A stretch of 64,000 nucleotides of DNA from Limnohabitans sp. (GTDB lineage Bacteria > Pseudomonadota > Gammaproteobacteria > Burkholderiales > Burkholderiaceae_C). The stretch covers positions 2,623-66,622 of the forward strand of contig NZ_JBIKIL010000003.1 in assembly GCF_044361645.1 (NCBI RefSeq), written 5' to 3'. Below are positions 41,857 through 51,909 of the stretch, piece after piece (position 1 is the first letter of the stretch; every line of letters begins with the position of its first letter). The notes below the pieces were generated by a model. It had not been told where the DNA came from and did no database searches. It saw only the letters and a program-made list of their open reading frames with translations. The translations under genes were made by a program, and so were the position numbers.

Positions 41857-42044
41857 TTGTGCAACCGTTGCCGAAACCCGTTCCCCTCACGCAGGATGTG
41901 ATGGTCAGATCACTTTTGCCTGAGGATCAGCTGCAAATCGCCCAATTGAGGCTGCATTACTGAGGCATGCTGGTTGCTGGGTCAAAGAATTCAAAGTGAT
42001 GGCTGTTTTGATAAGATTCAATCCTACTCACTCAAAGGCCCGTC

Positions 42045-42314
42045 ATGCGAACCACTCAACAACTGAGCATCACATTGCCCAATGAGATGGCCGATGCCAT
42101 CAAGAGGAAAGTGCGTGCAGGCGAGTACGCGACAGAAAGCGAAGTCATTCGCGAAGGTCTTCGCGCACTTCTAAGCCGAGACCGCGCCATTGAGTCTTGG
42201 CTGACGCATCAAGTCGGTGCGGCTTACGATGCACTCAAGGCTGATCCAACGAGAGCTGTCACGGTGGATCAGGTGCGTGAGCGCCTTGCACAAGAGCACA
42301 CCAAGTTGCAATGA
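42045..42314 (+). CDS. ParD-like RHH antitoxin
   Basis: LSITLPNEMADAI..KV..GEYATESEVIREGLRAL. Confidence 0.85.
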   Translation: MRTTQQLSITLPNEMADAIKRKVRAGEYATESEVIREGLRALLSRDRAIESWLTHQVGAAYDALKADPTRAVTVDQVRERLAQEHTKLQ

Positions 42315-42637
42315 CACACCGGGTTGTCTTTTCGCCCGAGGCTTTGGAACAAATTGCTGACCTTTACCAGTACATCGCATCCGAGGCCTCGCCTAGTATT
42401 GCTTTGCGCTACACCGAAGCCATTGTGAGCTACTGCGAAAGCCTGAGCATTTTTCCTCAGCGCGGCATGAAACGCGACGATGTGCGGACTGGTTTGCGCA
42501 TCACACACTACAAAAAACGCGCAGTGATTGCTTTTGCAGTAGATGCAGGGTGGGTATCCATCTTGGGCATCTTTTACGGAGGGCAGGATTATGAGTCTTT
42601 GCTGGCCGACGATTCGGACGATGGCGTGCCCCATTGA
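42311..42637 (+). CDS. ParE/RelE family toxin
   Basis: RVVFSPEALEQIADLYQYIA, FPQRG..RDDVR.GLR, VIAF.V....V.ILGIFYGGQD; ATGA overlap with the antitoxin. Confidence 0.87.
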   Translation: MTHRVVFSPEALEQIADLYQYIASEASPSIALRYTEAIVSYCESLSIFPQRGMKRDDVRTGLRITHYKKRAVIAFAVDAGWVSILGIFYGGQDYESLLADDSDDGVPH

Positions 42638-42690
42638 GGGTTTGCAGGTTTATGAAAACGTCACAGTCAATCACTTAAGATCACCCCCCT

Positions 42691-43080
42691 ATGAATTGGC
42701 TCGACAACATCAAATGGGACGACAAAGGCTTGGTGCCTGTGATCGCCCAAGAAAAAGACACCGGCGATGTGATGATGTTCGCCTGGATGAACCGCGAGGC
42801 GCTGCAAAAGACGGCCGAGCTCAAGCGGGCGGTGTATTTCAGCCGCTCGCGCAACAAGCTGTGGTTCAAGGGCGAGGAGTCGGGCCATGTGCAGACGGTG
42901 CACGAGATCCGCATCGATTGCGACAACGATGTGGTCTTGCTGAAAATCACCCAGCTGGGGCACGAGCCGGGCATTGCCTGCCACACGGGTCGCCACAGCT
43001 GCTTTTTCCAGAGCTTGCAGCCAGACGGCTGGCAGGCTGTGGACCCGGTCCTGAAGGACCCTGAAACCATTTACAAGTGA
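42691..43080 (+). CDS. hisI: Phosphoribosyl-AMP cyclohydrolase
   Basis: [32 protein letters not shown]. Confidence 0.96.
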   Translation: MNWLDNIKWDDKGLVPVIAQEKDTGDVMMFAWMNREALQKTAELKRAVYFSRSRNKLWFKGEESGHVQTVHEIRIDCDNDVVLLKITQLGHEPGIACHTGRHSCFFQSLQPDGWQAVDPVLKDPETIYK

Positions 43081-43085
43081 ACGCG

Positions 43086-43478
43086 ATGAGTTCTACCGAC
43101 ACCTTGGCCCCGTCCTCTGAAGACACGCTCGCGCGTCTGGCCGCCATCATCGAAAGCCGCAAAGCGGCCAACGGTGGCGACCCCGAGACCAGCTATGTGG
43201 CCCGCCTGCTGCACAAGGGGCCGGACGCTTTTTTGAAGAAAATCGGCGAAGAAGCCACCGAAACTGTGATGGCTGCCAAAGACGTGGAGCACGGCGGCGA
43301 TGCGTCCAAGCTGGTGTGCGAGGTGGCCGATTTGTGGTTTCACAGCATGATCGCGCTGGCGCACTATGGTCTGACGCCCGCCGACGTGGTCAACGAGTTG
43401 GCCCGCCGCGAAGGCCTGAGCGGCCTGGAAGAAAAAGCCCTGCGCAAAGTGCAAGAGCGCGAGCGCTTGGGCGAATAG
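43086..43478 (+). CDS. hisE: Phosphoribosyl-ATP pyrophosphatase
   Basis: [30 protein letters not shown]. Confidence 0.95.
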   Translation: MSSTDTLAPSSEDTLARLAAIIESRKAANGGDPETSYVARLLHKGPDAFLKKIGEEATETVMAAKDVEHGGDASKLVCEVADLWFHSMIALAHYGLTPADVVNELARREGLSGLEEKALRKVQERERLGE

Positions 43479-43505
43479 ATTGCACGCTTGGGCGAATAGA
43501 TTTCA
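43464..43505 (+). repeat. 21-bp tandem duplication spanning the hisE stop
   Basis: CGCTTGGGCGAATAGATTGCA / CGCTTGGGCGAATAGATTTCA (20/21), with a weaker third unit after. Confidence 0.85.
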
Positions 43506-43523
43506 CCTTGGAGCGAACAAACC

Positions 43524-43886
43524 ATGAACGACCAACCCGTCGATGACAGCACCCACACCACCAGCTGGGTCAGCTACATCTTGCACCTGATCGTGGCAGT
43601 CAGCGCCGTGATTCCGGGTGCCCAGATGGGCCCGGCCTTGCTGGTGGTGGCGCTGATCATCGATTTGGTCAAAAAAGGCGACACCGCAGGCTGGGAAGCC
43701 ACGCATTTCAGCTACCGCATCCGCACTGTGATTTGGGCCGCTTTGATGTACTTGATCACAGCACCTTTGTGGCTCTTGATGTTTTTCCCCGGCTGGCTGG
43801 CCTGGGTGGGCATTTCCATCTGGTTTTTGTACCGCATCGTGCTGGGCATGGTGCGCCTGAACGGGCAGCGACCGGTGACCGACTGA
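43524..43886 (+). CDS. Small inner-membrane protein (DUF4870-like)
   Basis: Three hydrophobic segments; THFSYRIRT..W, WFLYRIVLG; usual neighbour of hisE. Confidence 0.7.
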   Translation: MNDQPVDDSTHTTSWVSYILHLIVAVSAVIPGAQMGPALLVVALIIDLVKKGDTAGWEATHFSYRIRTVIWAALMYLITAPLWLLMFFPGWLAWVGISIWFLYRIVLGMVRLNGQRPVTD

Positions 43887-43912
43887 ACTCTTTTTCTCAA
43901 TCCAATCAAGCC

Positions 43913-44269
43913 ATGACCGACGCCAACTGCCTATTTTGCAAAATCATCGCGGGCAAGATTCCCTCTCGCAAGGTGTACGAAGACGAACACGTGTTCTCTT
44001 TTCACGACATTGCGCCTTGGGCGCCCATCCATTTTTTGATCATCCCGAAGCTGCACATCCCGTCCATGGCGCAGCTGGGGCCAGAGCACACGGCCTTGCT
44101 GGGGCACATGATGACGTTGGCCCCCAAGCTGGCCTTGCAAGAGGGTTGCAAGCCTTATCCCGAAGGCGGTTTCCGGATCGTGGTCAACAACGGTGCCGAG
44201 GGTGGCCAAGAGGTGCACCACTTGCACATGCACGTCATGGGCGGCCCACGACCTTGGCTGCGGGCCTGA
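43913..44269 (+). CDS. Histidine triad nucleotide-binding protein (HinT-like)
   Basis: CLFCKII, HFLIIPK, QEVHHLHMHVMGG. Confidence 0.93.
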   Translation: MTDANCLFCKIIAGKIPSRKVYEDEHVFSFHDIAPWAPIHFLIIPKLHIPSMAQLGPEHTALLGHMMTLAPKLALQEGCKPYPEGGFRIVVNNGAEGGQEVHHLHMHVMGGPRPWLRA

Positions 44270-44376
44270 TGGGGATTAAAAACCGGGGGTTTCTCTGCCA
44301 AATCCTTCTCCCATGAGGGCCGATCCAGTGTCGGGTGACGATCCCCTTAGAATCAGTCGATTAACAGGAGATTTTC

Positions 44377-44619
44377 ATGGGTGCTTTATCAATTTGGCAT
44401 TGGTTGATCGTGCTTTTGATTGTGGTCATGGTGTTTGGCACCAAAAAACTCAAAAACATGGGTTCTGACTTGGGCGGTGCCGTCAAAGGTTTCAAGGATG
44501 GCATGAAAGAAGGCGCAAACAAAGCCGAAGATGAGACCCCTGTGGCTGCGGCTCAGGTCGCATCATCGGTCCAGGCCGAGAAGACCACCATCGACGTCGA
44601 AGCCAAGACCAAGTCTTGA
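44377..44619 (+). CDS. tatA: Twin-arginine translocase subunit A
   Basis: [20 protein letters not shown]...G.DLG.AVKGFK. Confidence 0.96.
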   Translation: MGALSIWHWLIVLLIVVMVFGTKKLKNMGSDLGGAVKGFKDGMKEGANKAEDETPVAAAQVASSVQAEKTTIDVEAKTKS

Positions 44620-44646
44620 TTTTTTCGAGCCACTGAACGCAACACC

Positions 44647-45114
44647 GTGCTGGATCTGAGTTTTTCAAAAATGGCCCTGATTGGGGTGGTGGCGTTGATC
44701 GTCATCGGCCCTGAGAAGCTGCCCAAGGTGGCCCGAACCCTGGGTGCTTTGCTTGGCAAGGCGCAGCGTTATGTGTCAGATGTCAAGGCCGAGGTCAATC
44801 GGTCTATGGACTTGGAAGAGCTCAAAAAAATGAAAGAAACCATGGAGTCGGCGGCGCGCGATGTCGAGCAGTCGGTGCAAACCACGGCTTCTGATTTTGA
44901 AAAAGACTGGGCAGAAACCACAGCGGGTTTGACGGGCGATCTGCCCTCCATCGAGCCTTTGGCTCCGGTATACAAACATCCTGAGAAGAATTGGCGTTTG
45001 AAGCGGGGTGCCATGCCCCAGTGGTACAAGGCCCGCTCCGGGGTGCGCACCAAAGCGCTTTCGGGTGCCGCACGCGTGGCCCGTTACCGGCCCAAGCCCT
45101 TCAATTCTGTGTGA
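44647..45114 (+). CDS. tatB: Twin-arginine translocase subunit B
   Basis: DLSFS...[19 protein letters not shown]. Confidence 0.95.
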   Translation: MLDLSFSKMALIGVVALIVIGPEKLPKVARTLGALLGKAQRYVSDVKAEVNRSMDLEELKKMKETMESAARDVEQSVQTTASDFEKDWAETTAGLTGDLPSIEPLAPVYKHPEKNWRLKRGAMPQWYKARSGVRTKALSGAARVARYRPKPFNSV

Positions 45115-45156
45115 CGATGGCGCACCTGCAGTGCGCACCGTCCAACCGACCTCCAA

Positions 45157-45945
45157 ATGTCCGATACCCCTTCCCAACCCGACGACGAACTCAAAGGTTC
45201 AGAGCAGCCATTTGTGGCGCATTTGATCGAGTTGCGTGACCGATTGATTTGGGCCGTTGCCGCAGTGGCCCTGGCTGCTGTGGCCTTGGCCATTTACCCC
45301 GGGCCTGGCAACTTGTATGACATTTTGGCGGCCCCCTTGGTGGTGCATTTGCCCAAAGGGGCCACTTTGATCGCCACCTCGGTCATCTCGCCTTTCATGG
45401 TGCCGCTCAAAATTTTGTTGATGAGCGCCTTTCTTATCGCACTGCCAGTGGTGTTGTACCAAGTGTGGGCCTTCATTGCGCCAGGCCTGTACAACCATGA
45501 GAAAAAATTGGTCATGCCCTTGGTGGTGTCCAGCACCTTGCTGTTTTTTGTGGGCGTGGCTTTTTGTTATTTCTTTGTGTTTGGCCAAGTTTTCAGTTTC
45601 ATTCAGAGCTTTGCACCCAAAAGCATCACCGCAGCGCCTGACATCGAAGCCTATTTGAGCTTTGTTTTGTCCATGTTTTTGGCTTTTGGTCTGGCGTTTG
45701 AGGTGCCGGTGGCCGTGGTGGTGCTGGCCCGCATGGGTGTGGTCAGCATTCAAAAGCTGAAAGACTTCAGGGGCTATTTTGTGGTGTTGGCTTTTGTCAT
45801 CGCCGCCATTGTCACGCCGCCCGATGTGGTTTCTCAGTTGGCCTTGGCCATTCCCATGTGCTTGCTCTACGAATTGGGCATCTGGGCCGCGCAAATCTTC
45901 ATCAAAAACACGCAAGCTCCAAAATCCGAGTCTGAAACCACTTGA
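45157..45945 (+). CDS. tatC: Twin-arginine translocase subunit C
   Basis: HLIELRDRL, YQVWAFIAPGLY, FGLAFEVP, TPPDVVSQ. Confidence 0.96.
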   Translation: MSDTPSQPDDELKGSEQPFVAHLIELRDRLIWAVAAVALAAVALAIYPGPGNLYDILAAPLVVHLPKGATLIATSVISPFMVPLKILLMSAFLIALPVVLYQVWAFIAPGLYNHEKKLVMPLVVSSTLLFFVGVAFCYFFVFGQVFSFIQSFAPKSITAAPDIEAYLSFVLSMFLAFGLAFEVPVAVVVLARMGVVSIQKLKDFRGYFVVLAFVIAAIVTPPDVVSQLALAIPMCLLYELGIWAAQIFIKNTQAPKSESETT

Positions 45946-46134
45946 TCGAGCGCTGCAATGAAGTGCTTGACACCAGCAACTCGCTGAACCGAGCTTTAGA
46001 GACGCTTGAAAAACAGCTTGTGTAGCCATTGACGGGCCTGAGCCCGCGAGGTTTGCAGCTGCAGCCGTCGGCCCACTTCAGCGGGTGCTGCTTTCACTTT
46101 TCATCATCAGCGGGCCAAATCTTTGATGCGAGCG

Positions 46135-47295
46135 TCAGCGTTGCCTGTTTTTAGGCAATGGTCTTTCATCGGGGGTCAACCTCAAAGACAACTCAGCCTG
46201 CTGACGCCAAACCATCACATCGGCTGGTTGACCGGGTTTGAGCTTGGCCACCTCGTTGAGCAGATCGGAGACATTGCCAACCGGCTGTTTGGCGACCTGG
46301 GTGATCACATCCCCCGGTCGAATGCCCGCTCTGGCCGCCGGTCCATTTTGTAAGACACCGGTGATCACCACGCCAGAGGCTTTGATATCGTTGCCTATCG
46401 GCTTGAGTTGAAAGGTCTCGGCCAACTCGGCTGAAAGGTTTTGGGGTTCCACCCCGATCCAACCTCGAACAACCTTGCCTTTTTCAAGCAAATCTTGCAT
46501 CACTTGTTGGGCTGTCGAAATTGGGATAGCAAACCCAATGCCCATGCTGCCGCCCGAGCGCGAAAAAATGGCGGTGTTGATGCCCATCAGGTGCCCGTTC
46601 ACGTCAACCAGTGCGCCTCCAGAGTTGCCAGGGTTGATGGCGGCGTCGGTTTGGATGAAGTTTTCAAATGTGTTGATGCCCAATTGGCTTCGGCCTAAAG
46701 CACTGACGATGCCTGATGTCACGGTTTGACCCACGCCAAAAGGGTTGCCAATGGCCAAAACCACATCGCCCACTTGCAGGTCGTTCAATTGGCCCAAGAC
46801 GATTGCAGGCAGTTTGTCAAAAGGCACTTGCAGCAGGGCCAGATCGGTGTCCGGGTCGGTCCCGATCACTTTGGCCAATGCTTTGCGGCCATCGCTGAGC
46901 ACCACCTCAATGTCGTCGGCGTCTTCGATCACGTGGTTATTGGTCAGGATGTGCCCCTCTGGGCTGACAATCACACCGCTGCCTAAGCCTGCTGGGTTTT
47001 GCTCTTCTTGCTCACCGTAAAAGAAACGGAACCAAGGGTCTTGGTCGTGCGGCCTGCGGCCTGTGCCTTTGCTGGTGTTGATGCTGACCACCGCTGGCGA
47101 GGCCCTTTGGGCGGGCGCGCTCAAGCTGCCAGCAGAACGGTCACCATGGTTGGCGGCAGGCGCTTGCAGCAAAGTCATGCCCTTGGCTTGTTGCTGTGCG
47201 CCGCGCAACCATTCGGGCTGCAAAGTGGCCACAACAAACCACACGGCGAAAAGCACGGTGACCCACTGAGAAAATAAAAGCCAATAACGTTTCAT
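46135..47295 (-). CDS. HtrA/DegQ-DegS family serine protease with one PDZ domain
   Basis: GLGSGVI, TNNHVI, DLALL, QTDAAINPGNSGGAL; C-terminal PDZ. Confidence 0.93.
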   Translation of the reverse strand: MKRYWLLFSQWVTVLFAVWFVVATLQPEWLRGAQQQAKGMTLLQAPAANHGDRSAGSLSAPAQRASPAVVSINTSKGTGRRPHDQDPWFRFFYGEQEEQNPAGLGSGVIVSPEGHILTNNHVIEDADDIEVVLSDGRKALAKVIGTDPDTDLALLQVPFDKLPAIVLGQLNDLQVGDVVLAIGNPFGVGQTVTSGIVSALGRSQLGINTFENFIQTDAAINPGNSGGALVDVNGHLMGINTAIFSRSGGSMGIGFAIPISTAQQVMQDLLEKGKVVRGWIGVEPQNLSAELAETFQLKPIGNDIKASGVVITGVLQNGPAARAGIRPGDVITQVAKQPVGNVSDLLNEVAKLKPGQPADVMVWRQQAELSLRLTPDERPLPKNRQR

Positions 47296-47442
47296 GGAGT
47301 CTGATTGTCCTCCATTCAGCAGCCAGGCATGGCCGTTTGAATTGGATTGCCCCAATTTGGAGGCAAGGTGCATGGGACGAGATGCCCGTGGCCATTTTCA
47401 ACCTGCGCCACAATCGACAGACCAACACATTTGAGATGCAAC

Positions 47443-48195
47443 ATGACCGATGGCAAAACCTTGGGCGAGGCCTTTGATGCCTTGCTTGAGCCCCAAAAAT
47501 TTCGTGACTACGGCCCCAATGGGCTGCAAGTCGAGGGTGATCGTGCCGTGAAGTTGCTGGTCAGCGGTGTCACGGCCAGCCGTGCTTTGATAGAAGCGGC
47601 CATTGAAGCCCAAGCCGATGCCATTTTTGTGCACCACGGTTTGTTTTGGCGTGGACAAGATGGCCGCATCACGGGCTGGATGCGTGAGCGCATTCGCTTG
47701 CTGTTAACGCATGGCGTGCATTTGTTCGCGTACCACCTGCCTTTGGACGCGCACCCCGAACTGGGCAACAACGCCCAGTTGGCCCGGTTGTTGGGGCTGC
47801 GCGCCGACGGACGCTTTGGCGAACAGGACTTGGGCTTTATCGGTGCGGGTGCGCAAAGTTGGGCCAGCCCTCAGTTTTTGGCCGACCATGTGGCCCGGGT
47901 GCTGGGCCGCTCGGTGACATGCGTTGCCCAGGCCCCGGGCCCGGTGCGGCGGGTGGCATGGTGCACGGGTGGGGCGCAAAGTTATTTCGAATCGGCCATT
48001 GCCGCCGGTGCCGATGTGTTCATCACGGGTGAAATTTCGGAACCCCAAGCCCATCTGGCACGTGAAACAGGGGTGGCCTTTTTGGCTTGTGGGCACCACG
48101 CCTCAGAGCGTTATGGCGCCCCAGCGGTGGCGGGCCACATTGCAAAGGCCTTGGGTATTGCGCACCGTTTCATTGAAATCGACAACCCGGCTTGA
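47443..48195 (+). CDS. Nif3-like dinuclear metal centre protein (YbgI)
   Basis: DYGPNGLQVEG, FVHHGLFW, YHLPLDAHP..GNN, GHHASERYG. Confidence 0.93.
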   Translation: MTDGKTLGEAFDALLEPQKFRDYGPNGLQVEGDRAVKLLVSGVTASRALIEAAIEAQADAIFVHHGLFWRGQDGRITGWMRERIRLLLTHGVHLFAYHLPLDAHPELGNNAQLARLLGLRADGRFGEQDLGFIGAGAQSWASPQFLADHVARVLGRSVTCVAQAPGPVRRVAWCTGGAQSYFESAIAAGADVFITGEISEPQAHLARETGVAFLACGHHASERYGAPAVAGHIAKALGIAHRFIEIDNPA

Positions 48196-48213
48196 CTGGG
48201 TGGATGTGCCAAG

Positions 48214-49263
48214 ATGAATAAGCTGCCAACGAATCTGCCCATCGCCATCACGCTAGGCGACCCCTGCGGGATTGGGCCAGAAATCATCGCCCGGGCATGG
48301 CGCGATGCCCCCGAAATAAGCCAGGGCTGTTTTGTCGCGGGCGATGTGGGCGTGATGCGCCGTGCCATGGGTTTGTTGTCGTCTGGGCCACGCTTTCCGG
48401 TGTGTGAAATTGACACGCCAGCACAAGCCCTTGGTGTGCCGCCCAGGTGCTTACCCGTGCTTCAAGTGCTGGCTGTGGCACCTGTGTTGCCTTGGGGGCA
48501 GGTGGACGCGCGCGCGGGGCGCTTGGCCGGTGAGGCCGTGCTGTGGGCCACTCGAGCGGCCTTGCGTGGCGAGGTGGCCGCTTTGGTTACGGCCCCGTTA
48601 CACAAGGAAGCGCTGCATGCTGCAGGCGCACCCTATGACCAATACCCAGGACATACCGAGTTGTTACAAGCCGAGGCAGCCCTGCACCTTGGCGTGCCGA
48701 TCGAGCGCATGCCTGTTCGCATGATGCTGGCCAACGACGAGTTGCGCACGGTGTTGGTGAGCATCCATGTGTCTTTGCGTGACGCTTTGAATGCCATCAC
48801 CTTCGATGCCGTGTTGCAAACATTGCGCATCACCGATGCTGCGTTGTCAAGCCTGTTGGGCCGCAGGCCGCGCATGGCTGTGGCGGGTGTCAACCCCCAT
48901 GCAGGTGAGGGGGGGCTGTTTGGCCGCGAAGAAATCGATGTGTTGCAACCGTGTTTGGCCGTGGCGCGTCAAGAGGGGCTTGATGTCCACGGTCCTTTGG
49001 CACCCGATACCGTGTTCATGCGGGCGCGCAGGCGAGCCAATGGCGAGCGCGAGTTTGATGTGGTGATCGCCATGTACCACGACCAAGGCTTGATTCCCGT
49101 GAAGTATCTTGGCGTGGAGCAAGGCGTGAATGTCACTTTGGGTTTGCCGCTGGTCAGGACCAGCCCGGACCATGGCACCGCCATGGATTTGGCGGGCAAA
49201 GGTCAAGCAGACGCCAGCAGCATGATCCAAGCCATTCGCATGGCGCGCCAGATGCTCGCCTAG
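48214..49263 (+). CDS. pdxA: 4-hydroxythreonine-4-phosphate dehydrogenase
   Basis: TLGDPCGIGPE, GHTE, NPHAGEGG, AMYHDQGLIP, RTSPDHGTA. Confidence 0.93.
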   Translation: MNKLPTNLPIAITLGDPCGIGPEIIARAWRDAPEISQGCFVAGDVGVMRRAMGLLSSGPRFPVCEIDTPAQALGVPPRCLPVLQVLAVAPVLPWGQVDARAGRLAGEAVLWATRAALRGEVAALVTAPLHKEALHAAGAPYDQYPGHTELLQAEAALHLGVPIERMPVRMMLANDELRTVLVSIHVSLRDALNAITFDAVLQTLRITDAALSSLLGRRPRMAVAGVNPHAGEGGLFGREEIDVLQPCLAVARQEGLDVHGPLAPDTVFMRARRRANGEREFDVVIAMYHDQGLIPVKYLGVEQGVNVTLGLPLVRTSPDHGTAMDLAGKGQADASSMIQAIRMARQMLA

Positions 49264-49279
49264 CGCTGGCTCGACCAGT

Positions 49280-49711
49280 TTAGGCCTTGGGTTTGAGGCT
49301 GTCGCGGATTTCGCGCAGCAGCAACACATCTTCAGGGGTCACCACCGGGGCCTCAACGGGCGGTGTGGCAACTTGTTCAGATTTGAGGCGGTTGATTTGG
49401 CGCACCATGATGAAAATCATGAAGGCCAAGATGAAGAAGTTGATCGCCACGGTGATGAAGTTGCCGTAGGCAAAAACTGCCCCCAGCTTTTTGGCCTCAA
49501 GCAAAGGCAAGCCCGCTGCTTGCCCTGACAAAGCCCAGTAATAGTTGGCGAAATCAAGACCACCAAAGACCAAACTGACCACGGGCATGATGAGGTCATC
49601 GACCAATGAGCTGACAATTTTGCCAAATGCCGCGCCAATGATCACACCCACGGCCAAGTCGATGACATTGCCCTTCAGTGCAAAAGATTTGAATTCTTGA
49701 GAAAAAGACAT
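49280..49711 (-). CDS. mscL: Large-conductance mechanosensitive channel
   Basis: [35 protein letters not shown]. Confidence 0.97.
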   Translation of the reverse strand: MSFSQEFKSFALKGNVIDLAVGVIIGAAFGKIVSSLVDDLIMPVVSLVFGGLDFANYYWALSGQAAGLPLLEAKKLGAVFAYGNFITVAINFFILAFMIFIMVRQINRLKSEQVATPPVEAPVVTPEDVLLLREIRDSLKPKA

Positions 49712-49847
49712 CTTAGAGCCTCATTAATAAAAGAGATGTCTATTGTGACCTATTCCAATCCACGCTTATTGTTTTGTAAGTCTTTGACTTCACTCACTCC
49801 GCTACAATCCCGGGTTGACCCTGATAACGTCTCGCTAGAGGAATCCC

Positions 49848-50444
49848 ATGAGTGACACCCCAGTCGATAACAGCAAGCGGACTTGGCTTATCGCCTCCAC
49901 TTGCGCTGGTGCTGTAGGCGCTGGCTTTGTGGCCGTGCCCTTCGTCAGCAGCTTTCAACCTTCCGAACGTGCCAAAGCGGCGGGTGCGGCTGTTGAGGTA
50001 GACATCTCCGCCCTCAACCCGGGTGAAAAACTCACCGTCGAATGGCGCGGCAAACCCGTTTGGATCATGAAGCGCTCGCCAGAGCAGCTCGAATCCCTCC
50101 AAAAAGTCGAGGCACAACTGGCCGATCCAGCCTCGGACCGTACCGCTTACCCCACGCCTGAATACGCCAAGAACAGCCATCGCTCGATCAAGCCCGAAAT
50201 CTTGGTGGCCGTGGGCATTTGTACGCATTTGGGTTGCTCGCCCGCTGACAAGTTTGCGCCCGGCCCTCAGCCTTCGCTGCCAGACGACTGGAACGGAGGC
50301 TTTTTGTGCGCATGCCACGGGTCTACATTTGACTTTGCTGGACGCGTGTTCAAAAACAAGCCAGCACCCGACAACCTCGAAGTGCCGCCTCACATGTACC
50401 TGTCGGATACCAAGCTGCTCATTGGCGAAGACAAAAAGGCCTGA
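49848..50444 (+). CDS. petA: Ubiquinol-cytochrome c reductase Rieske subunit
   Basis: CTHLGC and CACHGS Rieske motifs. Confidence 0.96.
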   Translation: MSDTPVDNSKRTWLIASTCAGAVGAGFVAVPFVSSFQPSERAKAAGAAVEVDISALNPGEKLTVEWRGKPVWIMKRSPEQLESLQKVEAQLADPASDRTAYPTPEYAKNSHRSIKPEILVAVGICTHLGCSPADKFAPGPQPSLPDDWNGGFLCACHGSTFDFAGRVFKNKPAPDNLEVPPHMYLSDTKLLIGEDKKA

Positions 50445-50455
50445 TGGAGAACAAC

Positions 50456-51889
50456 ATGGCTGAATTCAAAGAAATTTCTCCAAACGCGCCTGCAGGCGAG
50501 AAGCTGCTCAACTGGGTAGACAACCGCTTTCCTGCATCCAAGCTCTACAAAGACCACCTTTCTGAGTATTACGCTTCCAAAAATCTGAATTTTTGGTATG
50601 TTTTCGGCGCACTCTCGCTGTTGGTTTTGGTCATTCAGATTGTGACCGGCATTTTCTTGACCATGCACTACAAGCCGGATGCCGATTTGGCTTTCGCCTC
50701 GGTTGAGTACATCATGCGCGATGTGTCTTGGGGTTGGTTGATTCGATACATGCACTCGACAGGCGCATCGGCTTTCTTTGTGGTGGTGTACCTGCACATG
50801 TTCCGAGGCTTGATCTACGGCTCCTACCGCAAACCACGCGAATTGGTCTGGATCTTCGGCTGCGCCATTTTCTTGGTGCTCATGGCCGAAGCCTTCATGG
50901 GTTACTTGCTGCCTTGGGGCCAAATGTCCTACTGGGGAGCGCAGGTGATCGTGAATTTGTTCTCAGCAGTTCCCATCATCGGCCCTGATTTGGCCTTGCT
51001 CATTCGCGGTGACTTTGTGGTGGGCGATGCCACCCTGAACCGCTTCTTCAGCTTCCATGTCATTGCTGTACCTTTGGTGTTGTTGGGCTTGGTGGTGGCG
51101 CACATCATTGCGTTGCACGAAGTGGGCTCAAACAACCCTGACGGCATCGAGATCAAGGCCGCGGATGCGCCCAAAGACGCCAACGGCAATCCTTTGGATG
51201 GTATTCCCTTCCACCCTTACTACACGGTTCACGACATTTTCTCGGTGGGCGTTTTCTTGCTGGCATTCACGGCCATCGTGTTTTTCGCTCCCGAGATGGG
51301 CGGCTATTTTCTGGAATACAACAACTTCATTCCAGCCGACCCCTTGACCACACCTTTGCACATTGCTCCGGTTTGGTACTTCACGCCTTACTACTCCATG
51401 TTGCGCGCCATCACCAACGAGATGATGTTTGTGTTGGTGGCTTGCGTGGTCATCGGTGCCGTGTTGGCTGTGGCCAAAGGCAAACTGCCCTCATTTCTCA
51501 AAGCGGCTGTGGTGGGCGCTGCGGTCTTGATCTGTGCCCTGATGTTGTCCATTGACGCCAAGTTTTGGGGCGTCGTGGTCATGGGCGGTGCTGTGATCAT
51601 CATGTTCTTCTTGCCATGGCTCGACTACAGCCCTGTCCGGTCGATTCGCTACCGTCCGGGCTGGCACAAGTACATCTATGCCGCCTTTGTCCTCATGTTT
51701 GTGGTGCTCGGCTACTTGGGTGTGAAGGCGCCAGGTGTCTGGGGTCACATCGCTGGACAAGACATCGCAGAACGTGTTTCACAGATGTTCACGCTGGGCT
51801 ATTTCGGTTTCTTCCTCTTGATGCCATGGTGGAGCAAGTTGGGTACTTTTAAAACAGTGCCCGACCGTGTGACCTTCACGCCTCACTGA
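50456..51889 (+). CDS. petB: Cytochrome b
   Basis: RYMHSTGAS, LPWGQMS, RFFSFH, PVWYF. Confidence 0.97.
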   Translation: MAEFKEISPNAPAGEKLLNWVDNRFPASKLYKDHLSEYYASKNLNFWYVFGALSLLVLVIQIVTGIFLTMHYKPDADLAFASVEYIMRDVSWGWLIRYMHSTGASAFFVVVYLHMFRGLIYGSYRKPRELVWIFGCAIFLVLMAEAFMGYLLPWGQMSYWGAQVIVNLFSAVPIIGPDLALLIRGDFVVGDATLNRFFSFHVIAVPLVLLGLVVAHIIALHEVGSNNPDGIEIKAADAPKDANGNPLDGIPFHPYYTVHDIFSVGVFLLAFTAIVFFAPEMGGYFLEYNNFIPADPLTTPLHIAPVWYFTPYYSMLRAITNEMMFVLVACVVIGAVLAVAKGKLPSFLKAAVVGAAVLICALMLSIDAKFWGVVVMGGAVIIMFFLPWLDYSPVRSIRYRPGWHKYIYAAFVLMFVVLGYLGVKAPGVWGHIAGQDIAERVSQMFTLGYFGFFLLMPWWSKLGTFKTVPDRVTFTPH

Positions 51890-51909
51890 GATCTTGGAGA
51901 ATCTAGAAC

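Noticed and set aside
41316-42044. attC sites after the YoeB, DUF2442 and before the ParDE modules
   Set aside because: No RYYYAAC...GTTRRRY pair with complementary arms could be traced, so a cassette origin of these modules is unproven.
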